Under the pieces are notes generated by a model. The model was not told the DNA's origin, ran no database searches, and saw only the letters and a program-made list of their open reading frames with translations. Of a stretch of DNA of 64,000 nt, positions 48,637 through 59,188 are shown piece by piece. Position 1 is the first letter of the stretch; each line of letters starts with the position of its first letter. The DNA is taken from positions 4,768,001 through 4,832,000 of the forward strand of contig JBKAGP010000001.1 of the NCBI GenBank assembly GCA_046290465.1. The letters are read 5' to 3'. This DNA comes from Planctomycetota bacterium. Lineage in GTDB: Bacteria > Planctomycetota > UBA1135 > UBA2386. The translations under genes and the position numbers were made by a program.

Positions 48637-51276
48637 GTGACCAAGCCCTCGATCACGTTTGCGTTGTTCGCGGTGGCCGCGCTGTGCGGCTGCTCCTCCG
48701 AGACCGGCGGCACCCCGCCCGCACCGCAGGCCGCGCGGCTGCCGGCGCAGCCGGAGCTCCGCTACCACCTCGACGAGGACACCGGCATCACGCTGCCCGA
48801 GGGCTTCGACGCCGACCTCGTCTACGACGTGCCCGAAGCGCAGGGCTCGTGGGTCGCGATGGACTTCGACGGCAACGGCCGCCTGCTCGTCTCCGACCAG
48901 GACGACAAGGGCATGTTCCGGGTCACGCTGCCGGCGGTCGGCGACGCCGACGGCGAGGTTGCGGTCGAGAGCCTGAGCGGCTTCCCGCAGGAGCCGGTCA
49001 AGTGGGGGCGTCGCACGGTGTGGGGTGCGCTCGGGTTCCTGTTCGCGTTCGACAGCCTCTACATGTCGACGATGAAGGGCTTCTATCGCGTGCGCGACAC
49101 CGACGGCGACGACCAGTTCGACGAGTTCGTGCTGCTCAAGAAGCTGCACCCGGGCTGGGAGCACTCGGCGCACACGATCGTGCTCACCGAGGACGGCGAG
49201 GGTCTCTACCTGATCTCGGGCAACCACTCGCGGCTGCCCGACGGCGTGCGAACGCTGCACCCGCAGGTCTACGCCAACGACACGCTGCTGCCGTCGATGC
49301 CCGATCCGAGCGGCCACGCGCGCGGCATCGGCCCGCCGGCCGGCTGGATCGCGCGGGTCTCGCCGGATGGCGAGGACTGGACGATGATCGCGCACGGTCT
49401 GCGCAACGGCGTCGACCTCGCGATCAACCGCGAGGGCGAGCTGTTCACGTGCGACTCCGACCTCGAGTTCGACGTCGGCAGTCCGTGGTACCGTCCGACG
49501 CGCGTCAACCACGTGACGTCGGCGAGCGAGTTCGGTTGGCGGACTGGCAGCGCCAAGTGGCCGGACTACTACGCCGACAGCATGGGCTCGGTGTGTGACC
49601 TCGGGCCCGGTTCGCCGACCGGCATCCAGTTCGGCCATCACTCCGACTGGCCGTCGGCGTTCCAGGACAAGCTGTTCGTCTGCGACTGGACCTTCGGCAC
49701 CATCTACACGGTCGAACTGCACGAGGACGGTTCGAGCTACCGCGGCACCAAGCGCGAGTTCCTGCACGGCGAACCGCTGAACATCTCGGCGATGCGCTTC
49801 GGTCCCGACGGCCACATGTACTTCCTGATCGGCGGCCGCAACACCGACTCCAAGCTCTACCGGGTGCGCTACGTCGGCCAGCCGGAGCAGGGCGAAGGCC
49901 GGCAGCTGGCGGCCAACCAGGAACTGCGCGATCTGCGCCACTCGCTCGAACGGTTCCATGGGGATGCCACGGCGGGCAAGGCTGCGGTCGATGCGGCGTG
50001 GCCCCACCTCGGGCACGCCGACCGCGGCGTGCGCTATGCGGCGCGGCTTGCGATCGAGAGCCAGGACGTGGCGCTGTGGCGGGAGCGCGCGTTGCAGGCG
50101 CGGGAGCCGCGCACGCTGGCGCACGCGGGGATCGCGCTGGCGCGTCACGGCGACGCGGCGCTCGGTGGCCGCGCGTTCGCGGCGCTGTCGACGGTCGACT
50201 TCGCCGAGCTGCCGCGCGAGGACCAGCTCGCGGTGCTGCGCGCCTGGGGGCTGTGCCTGATCCGCCTGGACGACCCCGGCGCCGCGGCGCGGGAGGCGCT
50301 CGCCGAGAAGCTGCTGCCGTGCTACCCGTCCGGAGACGAGGACCTCGACGCCGAGCTGTGCCGCCTGTTGTGTCGCATCGACGCCCCCGCGGTCGTCGAG
50401 AAGACCGTCGCGTTGATGAAGACGACGCAGACGCGGGCGTTCGACTACGACGCGACGCTGCTGGCGCGGCACGAGTACGGCAAGCCGATCCTCGAGGCGA
50501 TGGCGAAGACGCCCAACAGCCAGAACATCCACTACGCATACTGCCTGCGCGGCGTGCAGCGCGGCTGGACGCGCGAGCTGCGCAAGGACTACTTCGGGTG
50601 GCTCAACCGCATGCTGCAGACCAGCGGCGGCAAGAGCTTCTCCGGCTACATCCGCGCGATCCGCGAGGATGCGATCGCGGCGCTGCCCGACGACGAGGCC
50701 GCGGCGGTCGCGTGGCTGATCGGCGACGTCGAGCCGATCGACGTCGCGGCGCTGCCGCAGGCCAGGGGGCCCGGGCAGGCGTGGACGCGGCAGCGCACCA
50801 TGGCGCTGTTCGACGGCGAACTGCGCGGCCGTGACTTCCAGAACGGCAAGAACATGTTCCAGGCCGGGCAATGCGTGCTGTGCCACCGGTTCGCCGGTGA
50901 GGGCGGTCGCTGCGGTCCCGACCTCGGTTCGGTTGGCCGCCGCTTCTCGATCGAGGCGATCGTCGCGTCGATCTGCGAGCCCAACGACACCATCGCCGAG
51001 CAGTACCAGGCGAGCATCGTCAGGCTGAAGGACGGCAGCGAGCTGCAGGGTCGCGTGATCTGGCGCGACGACCAGGAGATCGCCGTCGCCACCAACGCCT
51101 ACGACTTCGCCGACCTGAGCAAGGCGCCGAGCGCCGACGTCGCGGCCATCGAGCTGTCGCCGCTGTCGATGATGCCGCCGAACACGATCGGGCAGATGAA
51201 CGCCGATGAGGTGAAGGACCTGATCGCCTACCTGATCTCGGGCGGCAACAAGCGGCACCGCGTGTTCCGGAAGTGA
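48637..51276 (+). CDS. PVC-type heme-binding (CxxCH) dehydrogenase-like lipoprotein
   Basis: Lipobox LCGC; propeller motifs GLRN, WYRPTR, GPGSPTG; CVLCH, GPDL. Confidence 0.88.
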   Translation: MTKPSITFALFAVAALCGCSSETGGTPPAPQAARLPAQPELRYHLDEDTGITLPEGFDADLVYDVPEAQGSWVAMDFDGNGRLLVSDQDDKGMFRVTLPAVGDADGEVAVESLSGFPQEPVKWGRRTVWGALGFLFAFDSLYMSTMKGFYRVRDTDGDDQFDEFVLLKKLHPGWEHSAHTIVLTEDGEGLYLISGNHSRLPDGVRTLHPQVYANDTLLPSMPDPSGHARGIGPPAGWIARVSPDGEDWTMIAHGLRNGVDLAINREGELFTCDSDLEFDVGSPWYRPTRVNHVTSASEFGWRTGSAKWPDYYADSMGSVCDLGPGSPTGIQFGHHSDWPSAFQDKLFVCDWTFGTIYTVELHEDGSSYRGTKREFLHGEPLNISAMRFGPDGHMYFLIGGRNTDSKLYRVRYVGQPEQGEGRQLAANQELRDLRHSLERFHGDATAGKAAVDAAWPHLGHADRGVRYAARLAIESQDVALWRERALQAREPRTLAHAGIALARHGDAALGGRAFAALSTVDFAELPREDQLAVLRAWGLCLIRLDDPGAAAREALAEKLLPCYPSGDEDLDAELCRLLCRIDAPAVVEKTVALMKTTQTRAFDYDATLLARHEYGKPILEAMAKTPNSQNIHYAYCLRGVQRGWTRELRKDYFGWLNRMLQTSGGKSFSGYIRAIREDAIAALPDDEAAAVAWLIGDVEPIDVAALPQARGPGQAWTRQRTMALFDGELRGRDFQNGKNMFQAGQCVLCHRFAGEGGRCGPDLGSVGRRFSIEAIVASICEPNDTIAEQYQASIVRLKDGSELQGRVIWRDDQEIAVATNAYDFADLSKAPSADVAAIELSPLSMMPPNTIGQMNADEVKDLIAYLISGGNKRHRVFRK

Positions 51277-51301
51277 CGCGGCCCTCCCCGGGGGCTGCCC
51301 C

Positions 51302-51341
51302 GGAGAGAGCCAGAGGAGAGAGCCAGCCCGGAGAGAGCCAG
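51302..51341. repeat. 12-bp direct repeat x3
   Basis: GGAGAGAGCCAG at 51302, 51315 and 51330 between convergent genes. Confidence 0.75.
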
Positions 51342-51431
51342 GTCGATGCTAGCGGGCAAAGCCCGGTCCGCACGCGAACACGCCGCTTCCGCGATCACGG
51401 TCGGCAGCGCGTCCACTACATGGACGCGCTC

Positions 51432-52961
51432 CTAGCGGTGGAACATCGACTGGAGGTTCGTCAGCGTGCGGGTCGTCGTTCCCTGGAACGGGAGCGCCTG
51501 CCAGTTCATCTGGGTGACGACCGGCGGGTTGCCGAGGACCGAAGGCGGCAGCAGGTAGGGGATGGAAGGCTGCGTGAAGACGCTGTTCACGTCGTCCCAG
51601 AAGCCGATGGTCGGGTCGATCCACATCAGCAGGTCCCCGTACGGCGGCTGCGGGGTCGGCGCACTCGAGAGGCCCGGGCGCACGTTCTGGATGCTCGTCG
51701 GCGTCCATTCGCGCCAGAACGGGATCACGTTGTTCGGCTCCATGAAGTTGATCGCGAACAAGCCGGAGTAGTTGCCGGTGAAGCCGACGACCGGGTTCAG
51801 GAAGAACGCGAGGTCGCCTCCGAACGGTGAGTTGCCCATGCCGGTGTAGTCGGTGGTGCCGTACTCGTAGCCGGCCAGGATGAACTCACCGGACTCGTCG
51901 GCGCCGATGTCGATGGCGGCGCGATCGACGCGAGCGTTGCCATAGCCTTCGCAGTCGGTGTCGAAGATGTCGACGTTGCAGCCGAACGTCTGCTTGCCCG
52001 AAGTGCCGTTGTTCCACACCAGCGCCGGCATGGTGCCGGCGTCGATCGCCGGAGAACCCGGACGCAGGCGCAGGTCGAACGGCGTCAGCGCCATCCCGAC
52101 GTTGGCCTGGATGTAGGTCGGGTGGCTGAGCAGCGTGTTGAAGACCGGGATCGGGGGGAGCCCGGCCTTGATCGGCGACACGCCGGCAAGATCGGTGGTG
52201 GCGAACGCCGAGCTGATCACGTCGTCGGCGTCGATCCCCTCGAGGTCGCTGACCGAGTTATCGGAGAACAGGCAGTTCAGCAGCCCCGGCTCGCTTTCCC
52301 CGTTGCTGTTGGCAACGTTGTCCACGCGGTTGAGGATGCCGATGGTCGCGGTGATCACGGTGCAGTTGATGAACTTCGGGCGGTTCTCGACGATCCCGTT
52401 GTTGTCGGCGTCGTGCCCGGGCCATGGGGTGCCGGGGCGTACGACGATGTCGACGGCCGCGACCTGCGAGTCGATCAGGAAGCAGTTCGCGAACGTGGGG
52501 TTCGCACGGACCTGCTTCTCCGCGACCTGTCCGTCGGAGATCGTCACGCAGCGGTTCTTGCCGACGATGGTGACCCCGTCGACGACGGCGTTGTCGTAGG
52601 CGTTGACCTGCTCGGGGATGAACTCGAGCACGGTCGCAGCCGAGTCCGTGATGAGCACGGTGTTCAACGCGTTGGTGCCCTGGATGCAGGTCCGGGGCGG
52701 AACGAGCAGCGGCCAGCTCTCGCTGGTCTGGTCGTACTCACCGGGCAGCAGGACGATCGTGTCGTCGGTGCCGGAGTTTCGGGCGAGTTGCGCGGCTTGC
52801 CGCAGAGTGCGCAGCGGTTGCGCGAGCGTGCCGGCGTTGTTGTCGTTGCCGTTGGCCGGGTCGACGTAGAAGGTGCCACAGTCGATGGGCTGTGGATCCT
52901 GTGCCGCGACGAACGCGGGCAGCAGCAGGGCTGCGAAGAGGACGGGATTGCGAGTCTTCAT
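51432..52961 (-). CDS. Secreted DUF1565 / right-handed beta-helix protein
   Basis: YVDPANGNDNNAGT...PLRTL, LLPGEY, LRLRPGSPAIDAG, DIGADE. Confidence 0.82.
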   Translation of the reverse strand: MKTRNPVLFAALLLPAFVAAQDPQPIDCGTFYVDPANGNDNNAGTLAQPLRTLRQAAQLARNSGTDDTIVLLPGEYDQTSESWPLLVPPRTCIQGTNALNTVLITDSAATVLEFIPEQVNAYDNAVVDGVTIVGKNRCVTISDGQVAEKQVRANPTFANCFLIDSQVAAVDIVVRPGTPWPGHDADNNGIVENRPKFINCTVITATIGILNRVDNVANSNGESEPGLLNCLFSDNSVSDLEGIDADDVISSAFATTDLAGVSPIKAGLPPIPVFNTLLSHPTYIQANVGMALTPFDLRLRPGSPAIDAGTMPALVWNNGTSGKQTFGCNVDIFDTDCEGYGNARVDRAAIDIGADESGEFILAGYEYGTTDYTGMGNSPFGGDLAFFLNPVVGFTGNYSGLFAINFMEPNNVIPFWREWTPTSIQNVRPGLSSAPTPQPPYGDLLMWIDPTIGFWDDVNSVFTQPSIPYLLPPSVLGNPPVVTQMNWQALPFQGTTTRTLTNLQSMFHR

Positions 52962-53061
52962 GGGTTCTGGAGACACGCCCGCGGACCATCCGCGATGCGT
53001 GTCCACCAGAGGGGGACGGCGGGCCGCGAACGCGTAATGCGCTTTCTCGCGATCTGCGCGA

Positions 53062-55857
53062 TCAGCGCTGCGAGCGGGCCGCGGGCCAGGCGGTGCCGTC
53101 CAGCTCCTGCTGCGCCATGTCGAGCAGTTGCACGGGCAGGCCGCGGCGCGTGACCTCGACCGCGGGCAGGTCGCGGATCCAGGCGTTGGCGATCGCGCCG
53201 ACCTGCAGCGCCGTGTGGTCGTCGCCGACGACAGCACACAGGTAGGCGGCAAACAGCGCGAGCTCGACACGGCGTGCGTGCGGTTCGTCTTCGCGCCACA
53301 TCCGGCGGGCGAGCGCGACGCAGCGACGCCGCGCCTGCTGGATCAGATCACCGAGTTGTACGGCCTCCCGATCGGCCCTGCTGCCGTCGCGTGCCAGCCA
53401 CCGCTGCACGACCAGCAACGCCGTCACCGCCGTGGCCTCCGGGTGCAGGTCGTCGGCTTCGAGCGTCGCCATGGCGGCCTGCCAGGCCCGGTGCTCCCAG
53501 TCCTGGTGTTCGCGCGGCCGCGCGGGACGGCTGCGCCCCGCGGCGTCGGCCACGATTCGGGCAACGACCATGGCCTGCGCGTGCGCGCTGGCCACGTGCT
53601 TGGCGTCGCCGACGTGCGCGGCTTGGGCACGGATCCTGTCGCAGCGGTCGAGGAGCGCGGTGGCGGTGTCGATGAGCTCCGATTGGAACGGGCTCGCTGC
53701 AATCTCGATGGAGTCGAGCTGCAGCAACGCCAGCTCGGCGCGCCGCCGGTTCCACGGGTGGTTGCCGGCGGCCGAGCCGCGGCGCAGCAGGCGACGGGCG
53801 CGCTCGAGATCTCGCGCCTCGAGGGCGAGGTTGGCCTCGCACATCCCCAGCCACTCGTCGTCGGCATACCGCTCGCGGGCTTCGGCCAGCCGTTGCTCTG
53901 CCCGTTCGGTCTCGCCTCGCCGGGACATCAGGTTGATCCGGGCGACTGCCATCCGGACGTGCTCTTGCCTTCGCTGGCTTCGGAGCTGCTGTTCCGCGAG
54001 TTGCAGGTGCCGCGCGGCGCGCTCGAAGTGTCGGCGCAGGGTCGCCAGCCGTCCGATCACGATGTGCAGCTCCGGTCGCGGGCGGCCGGGCTCCCAGAGC
54101 ATCGAGAGCGTCTCGTCGGCTCGCTCGGCATCGCCGCGCAGCTCGTAGACCAGCCCGTGCATCATCCGGGCCCGCAGGTGGGCGCCGTCCAGCGTCCGCG
54201 CTGCCCGCACCTCGTCCGCGATCCTGTCGAGCGGTGCGTGTCGGGCGTGCCAGAAGGCCGCGGTGTAGACGTGGTCGCTCGCGTCGTGGGCCTCCGCCGA
54301 CAGCTCTTCCGTGAACCGTCCGTCCCGGGCGGCAGCGACGGCGGCGCAGAGCCGCGGGAATCGGCCCGTGCCCTGCAGTTTGCCGAGCGGTTGGTCGACC
54401 TGCTCGATGCCGGCATGCAGCGCGAGGAACAGCTCCGCGACGATCGTCTCGGGATCTCCGGCGATCTCGGGGTGCGCGGCTACGAGCTCGGCGCGGATCG
54501 CGGCGTCGCGGGTCGTGAGTTGGTAGCGGCCGTCGAGCGTGATGCGGTCCAGCAGCGCCTCGCGGGCCAGCAGCGACCGCGCGTGCCATGCGTGGTCGTG
54601 CAGCTCGACGTCCTGCTCGTCGGCGTCGAGCGCAGCGATCTGCGCCAGCGCGAGGTCGGGGCGCCCGTCCGCGATCAGCCGGTGGATCGCCACGACCTGC
54701 CTTTGCCGCTGTTGCCGCTCGTGCTGCGCGGCGCGCCAGAGCTGGATCGCAAAGACGGCGCTGAGCACCAGCGCGGTCGCGAGCGCAACGGTCTTGAGGC
54801 GGTGGCGCCGGGCGAGCTTGGCGACCTTGGCCAGGGTGCTCGGCGGGCGCGACAGGATCGGCTCGCCGTTGAGGAACCGGTCGAGATCGTCTGCCAGTTC
54901 GCGTGCATTGGCGAAGCGGCGCGCCGGCAGCTTGTCCATCGCGCGTTCGACGATGGTCACCAGGTCGCGTTCGCTATGGTGCAGTTCGAGCCTCGGTGGG
55001 TCTTCGACGAGCACCTTGCGCACCAGCTCGTGCGGATGGTTCTTCGGGAACGGCGGGTGCCCCGCAAGGCACTCGTAGAGGGTCGCACCGAGCGAGTAGA
55101 TGTCGCCGCGCGGATCGATCACCGCCTCGTCGCTGCGGAAGTTCTCGGGCGGCATGTAGGCGAGCGTGCCCGGCATCTGCCCGGTGCCGGTGACCGTCAG
55201 GTCGGCGTCCGCGCGGGCGAGGCCGAAGTCGAGCACGTAGGCGTGGCCGTCTTCGATCTGGATGTTCGACGGCTTGATGTCGCGGTGGACGATGCCCACC
55301 TCGTGGGCCGCGTGCAGCGCGCGTGCGACCTGCGCGCCGGTGCGCGCGACCTCCTGCGCCGGCATGTCGGCCATCGCTTCGGCGAGGGTGCAGCCGTGCA
55401 GGCGCTTCATGACCAGGTAGACCTGCCCCTCGGTCTCGCCGGTGTCGTAGACCGGCACGATGTGGGGGTGGTCGAGAGCGGCCGTCAGCTGCGCTTCGCG
55501 CGTGAACCGCAGGCGTCGCATCGGATCCTCGACGAACTCCGGACGGAGGATCTTGAGCGCGACCTGCCGGTTGAGCGAGCGCTGGCGCGCCAGGTAGACG
55601 CTGCCCATGCCGCCGCTTCCCAGCAATGCGAGGATGTCGTAGTCGGCGATCGACTCGGGCGCGATGTGCTCGACCCGGCTGGGCGGACCCGAGCCGAGCA
55701 CGAAGTCCTCGAGATCGAGGCGTGCGGCGACTTCGGCAGCCAGTCCGTCATCGCCGTCACAGAGTTCGAGCAGGTCCGGGTCCGAGCCCGAGTAGTGGGC
55801 CTCGAACCAGGCGGTCAGCACCTGCTCGATGCGATCGTCCGGCGGCGCGCTGCTCAT
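53062..55857 (-). CDS. Ser/Thr protein kinase with TM and TPR-like repeats
   Basis: [33 protein letters not shown]. Confidence 0.93.
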   Translation of the reverse strand: MSSAPPDDRIEQVLTAWFEAHYSGSDPDLLELCDGDDGLAAEVAARLDLEDFVLGSGPPSRVEHIAPESIADYDILALLGSGGMGSVYLARQRSLNRQVALKILRPEFVEDPMRRLRFTREAQLTAALDHPHIVPVYDTGETEGQVYLVMKRLHGCTLAEAMADMPAQEVARTGAQVARALHAAHEVGIVHRDIKPSNIQIEDGHAYVLDFGLARADADLTVTGTGQMPGTLAYMPPENFRSDEAVIDPRGDIYSLGATLYECLAGHPPFPKNHPHELVRKVLVEDPPRLELHHSERDLVTIVERAMDKLPARRFANARELADDLDRFLNGEPILSRPPSTLAKVAKLARRHRLKTVALATALVLSAVFAIQLWRAAQHERQQRQRQVVAIHRLIADGRPDLALAQIAALDADEQDVELHDHAWHARSLLAREALLDRITLDGRYQLTTRDAAIRAELVAAHPEIAGDPETIVAELFLALHAGIEQVDQPLGKLQGTGRFPRLCAAVAAARDGRFTEELSAEAHDASDHVYTAAFWHARHAPLDRIADEVRAARTLDGAHLRARMMHGLVYELRGDAERADETLSMLWEPGRPRPELHIVIGRLATLRRHFERAARHLQLAEQQLRSQRRQEHVRMAVARINLMSRRGETERAEQRLAEARERYADDEWLGMCEANLALEARDLERARRLLRRGSAAGNHPWNRRRAELALLQLDSIEIAASPFQSELIDTATALLDRCDRIRAQAAHVGDAKHVASAHAQAMVVARIVADAAGRSRPARPREHQDWEHRAWQAAMATLEADDLHPEATAVTALLVVQRWLARDGSRADREAVQLGDLIQQARRRCVALARRMWREDEPHARRVELALFAAYLCAVVGDDHTALQVGAIANAWIRDLPAVEVTRRGLPVQLLDMAQQELDGTAWPAARSQR

Positions 55858-57012
55858 CTACAGAGCCTGCAGGCCGAACGGCAGGAACCCGAACGTCGTC
55901 ACGACGCCGTTGGGTCCGGCGAGGCTGATCGGCTGTCCCGTGTTCATGTCGAGCAGCGCGGCGTAGCACGGCACGGCCCATGCCGGACACGTGAACTCGA
56001 TGCCGAGGTCGGGCGCGGTCGCCGGAGCGGCGGGGACCAGGCTGTAGGTGTTGTCGGCCCGCATGATCATGACCTGGTAGTCCGGCGTGTAGCCGACGGG
56101 GGGCAGCACGGCGGGCTCGATGTAGACGCGGTCGTCGATCACCCCGGGGTAGAAGTAGTCGTCGCCGATCGCGTAGCGAAAGTAGAAGTCCGGCGAGTTG
56201 CCCTGGCCGGACAGCTGCAGCTGCACGGGCGTGGTCGCCGACATCGTGATGCGTTGGTTGGTCACGGGCGAGCCGGGGAGGCTCTGGTATTCGATCGCCG
56301 CGAGGTGCAGTTCGAACAGTGCGATGCCGTCGGTGATCATCTGGATCAACAGGTTGATCCTCGGATCGTCGGCGAACGTCGTCTGCTGCGTCGCCACCGT
56401 GAACTGACGCGCCAGCAGGTTGCGCAGGAACGTCTCCGTGTCGAACGCGTCCATGGTCAGCGGCTCGGCGCTTGCATGCCAGTTCATCAGGCTGCCGTTG
56501 GCCGTCCAGCCGCTGTCCGGCCACGTCGCGAACACGGTCTCCGGCGAGCCCGTCGCGACATACATCGGCCGCGTGTATTGCGACAGCGCCGGTTGGTTCA
56601 TCGTCGAGGACTGGATCTGGGCGATCGCATCGATCACGTAGGTGGTCGGGATCGTGCACGTCGCGCCGTCGATGTGGATGTCGGAGTTGCCGACCGCATC
56701 GCGAACCGTCGTCAACCACGATGCGCTCGCTTCGCTGCTCGGGGTGACGCCGGGGAGCACGGACTTCGCCAGGTTCGCCCAGTCGGTCTGGTCGGCCGCT
56801 GCAACGCAGACGTAGCCGACCAGCATGGTCTCGCGGTTCTGGCCGAGAACGCTCGGACGAACCCCGAACGTGACGAAGTCCCCGCCGATCGGTTGGTCGA
56901 CGTAGACGTTGGCTCGGACCTTGGGGTGGCCCTGCGCGGCGAGGGGAGCGGACAGGCTCGTCGCGAGCGTCAGCAGGGCTGCGGTCGCGACTGGGAAGCT
57001 ACTGTGGTTCAT
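55858..57012 (-). CDS. Secreted hypothetical protein
   Basis: Signal peptide ending APLAAQ; its stop codon abuts the kinase ATG; no family recognised. Confidence 0.75.
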   Translation of the reverse strand: MNHSSFPVATAALLTLATSLSAPLAAQGHPKVRANVYVDQPIGGDFVTFGVRPSVLGQNRETMLVGYVCVAAADQTDWANLAKSVLPGVTPSSEASASWLTTVRDAVGNSDIHIDGATCTIPTTYVIDAIAQIQSSTMNQPALSQYTRPMYVATGSPETVFATWPDSGWTANGSLMNWHASAEPLTMDAFDTETFLRNLLARQFTVATQQTTFADDPRINLLIQMITDGIALFELHLAAIEYQSLPGSPVTNQRITMSATTPVQLQLSGQGNSPDFYFRYAIGDDYFYPGVIDDRVYIEPAVLPPVGYTPDYQVMIMRADNTYSLVPAAPATAPDLGIEFTCPAWAVPCYAALLDMNTGQPISLAGPNGVVTTFGFLPFGLQAL

Positions 57013-57128
57013 GGTCTTGCGGATTCGTTTGGTTGGCGATTCGTTGACCGTGAGGGTTGAACCCGACTTGTGCGTAACGCGCTTTCGAAGAATAATCGCG
57101 CCGCGCGGCTCGGTCCGGGCATCCGGGT

Positions 57129-57743
57129 ATGAGCTCGCCGATCACACCTGATGATTCGTTCGATGCAGACCTGCAGCGGGCCCGTTCCGGAGACCGGAAG
57201 TCGCTCGACAGGCTGCTCCAGATGCTGGAAGCGCGGTTTCGGCGCGATGCGGAGCGACGGGTGGGGACCGCGCTTCGCGGGCGCACCCGGGTCTCCGACG
57301 TGCTGCAGGACGCCTACCTCGAAGTCGTGCGCGGGATCTCCAGGTTCCAGGGCTCGGGCCAAGGGGAGTTCTACGTGTGGGTGACCACCATCGTCGAGAA
57401 CACGGCGCGCCGCCTCCACCGGCAGTTGACCGCCCAGAAGCGCAAGCCTCCGAGCCGCACGACGGAGTGGAATGCGCTGGCGGCGGCGATCTTCCCGTCC
57501 GTCTCGTCGCCGCTCTCCGAGTTGGAGCATTCGGAGAATGCACGGCTCCTCCACGACGCGCTGCAGCAGCTGACCGATGACCATCGTCAGGTGCTCGAAC
57601 AGTGCGTGCTGCTCGGCCGACCCTTCGCAGAGTTGTGCGAGGAGATGGGGCGCAGCGAACCTGCACTCCGGATGCTCGCTGCCCGTGCTCGGGCAGCCTT
57701 GACCAGCAAGCTCTACCAGCTGCGTTCGGACCAGAGTCGCTAG
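57129..57743 (+). CDS. ECF sigma factor (kinase-associated, divergent)
   Basis: ARSGDRKSLDRL, RVSDVLQDAY, FYVWV, LQQLTDDHRQV, MGRSEPALRML. Confidence 0.88.
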   Translation: MSSPITPDDSFDADLQRARSGDRKSLDRLLQMLEARFRRDAERRVGTALRGRTRVSDVLQDAYLEVVRGISRFQGSGQGEFYVWVTTIVENTARRLHRQLTAQKRKPPSRTTEWNALAAAIFPSVSSPLSELEHSENARLLHDALQQLTDDHRQVLEQCVLLGRPFAELCEEMGRSEPALRMLAARARAALTSKLYQLRSDQSR

Positions 57744-57825
57744 GCGGCGCGCTTCACCGGGGCGGCAGCGGGCGCGACCTCGACTACGTCGCCGTATGGG
57801 TCGACTACTGGTTCTGAGCGCGCCG

Positions 57826-58464
57826 TCAGCGCCCGCCGAGCATGTTGTAGACCGCCTCGTAGAAGCTGCGTGCGCCTTCCTGGTTGGGGATCGTTCCGGA
57901 GAACCACGGCCGATCCCAACTCCCTGGCAGCCAGCCGAAGAACGGGCGGATGTACCAGCAGACCTGGCCCCCGACCGCGAGCGACGTGAGCATCCACAGG
58001 GTCAGCAGGACGGCGCGGCGACGGCCGTCGAGCACGGTGGCCGGCAGGTCGCGGCGGGCGCGCAGCGTCACCGACAGGCAGCCGGCCAGCACGATCGCGA
58101 AGAAGTTGAAGCGCAGGAATGCCGGGTAGCCGCCGAGGTCGCCTTCGACCGGATCGACCATGGTCCACGCCATGTAGAGCACGATTGGCGTCAGCGACAC
58201 CAGCAGCACGCTGATGTCGTGGAACACCCCGAGCACGATGCGCTGCACGTTCACGAAGCCGAGCGGTGCGCCGAGGAAGCGCGCCAGCACGTGGTAGCAC
58301 ATGGCGCAGGTGGCGGCGGTGACCGCGATCAGCAGCGGGAACTTGACCAGGTTGCGTACGCCGTAGACCCAGCTGTTGGCGATCCCGATGCCGAAGCCGT
58401 AGCCCGCCGACGCGAGCGTCAGCGTCGCGAACCGGCGCAGCACCGAGGCGCGCGACGTGTTCAC
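57826..58464 (-). CDS. Multi-pass membrane protein (Yip1-like)
   Basis: Five TM segments; QVCWYIRPFFG; GTGA overlap with the upstream partner. Confidence 0.72.
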   Translation of the reverse strand: MNTSRASVLRRFATLTLASAGYGFGIGIANSWVYGVRNLVKFPLLIAVTAATCAMCYHVLARFLGAPLGFVNVQRIVLGVFHDISVLLVSLTPIVLYMAWTMVDPVEGDLGGYPAFLRFNFFAIVLAGCLSVTLRARRDLPATVLDGRRRAVLLTLWMLTSLAVGGQVCWYIRPFFGWLPGSWDRPWFSGTIPNQEGARSFYEAVYNMLGGR

Positions 58465-59111
58465 GACAGCAGCCCGAGCGTCTCGGCCATGCGCCACGTC
58501 AGGAACACCAGCAGCAGCTGCCAGCCGGCCCACAGTGCCCAGTTCTGCCGCAGCGGCGTCAGCCGCGCGTCGCCGTAGAGGCAGCGATTGACGTGGCTGA
58601 GTGCGAGGGCGAGCGACAGCACCAGCAGCAGGATGCGGGTGACGTTGCTGCCGGCGACGCGCTCGGGCATGGTCAGTTCGAGGAACCAGTAGATCGGAGC
58701 GAAGCCGAGCGTGAACAGCGCCGCGGCCGACGGGATCACCAGCGCGATCGCCAGGCACTGGGCCGGATGCAGGCCGATGCCGAGGTAGGCGCCGAACACC
58801 TGCAGCGACGGGTAGCACAGCAGCACCGAACCGAGGAACAGCATCGCGATGTGCGCGATGCGATCGAGGCCGTCGACCGCGGCGAACGGCAGCGCCCCGA
58901 CGAAGCTGCACAGCAGCAGCGCACCGAGCAGCGCCGGGATCGCGACGCCGCCGCGCAGGTTGGCGGCGAGCCGCTGCCGTTCGCCGAGCACGACGTCGAG
59001 CAGGCGGTAGGGCCGCCGCAGCGTCTCGGCCAGCTCGGCGTGCGCGAACGGCTCGGAGTGGATCTGGGGAGGGATGGGCTGCTCGGGCCCCTGAGTGGTC
59101 GATTGGGTCAT
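58461..59111 (-). CDS. Multi-pass membrane protein (Yip1-like), probable partner of 57826
   Basis: Five TM segments; LCYPSLQVF, GFAPIYWF. Confidence 0.72.
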   Translation of the reverse strand: MTQSTTQGPEQPIPPQIHSEPFAHAELAETLRRPYRLLDVVLGERQRLAANLRGGVAIPALLGALLLCSFVGALPFAAVDGLDRIAHIAMLFLGSVLLCYPSLQVFGAYLGIGLHPAQCLAIALVIPSAAALFTLGFAPIYWFLELTMPERVAGSNVTRILLLVLSLALALSHVNRCLYGDARLTPLRQNWALWAGWQLLLVFLTWRMAETLGLLS

Positions 59112-59124
59112 GGGAATCTGCCGA

Positions 59125-59176
59125 CTTTGCTCCGCAAAGCCACCGAGCGACAGCTTGCCCGCTTTGCTGTGCAAAG
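59125..59176. promoter_or_regulatory. Twin palindromic operator CTTTGC-N3-GCAAAG
   Basis: Copies at 59125-59139 and 59162-59176, directly upstream of ATG 59111. Confidence 0.7.
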
Positions 59177-59188
59177 TCGACCCCCGAG

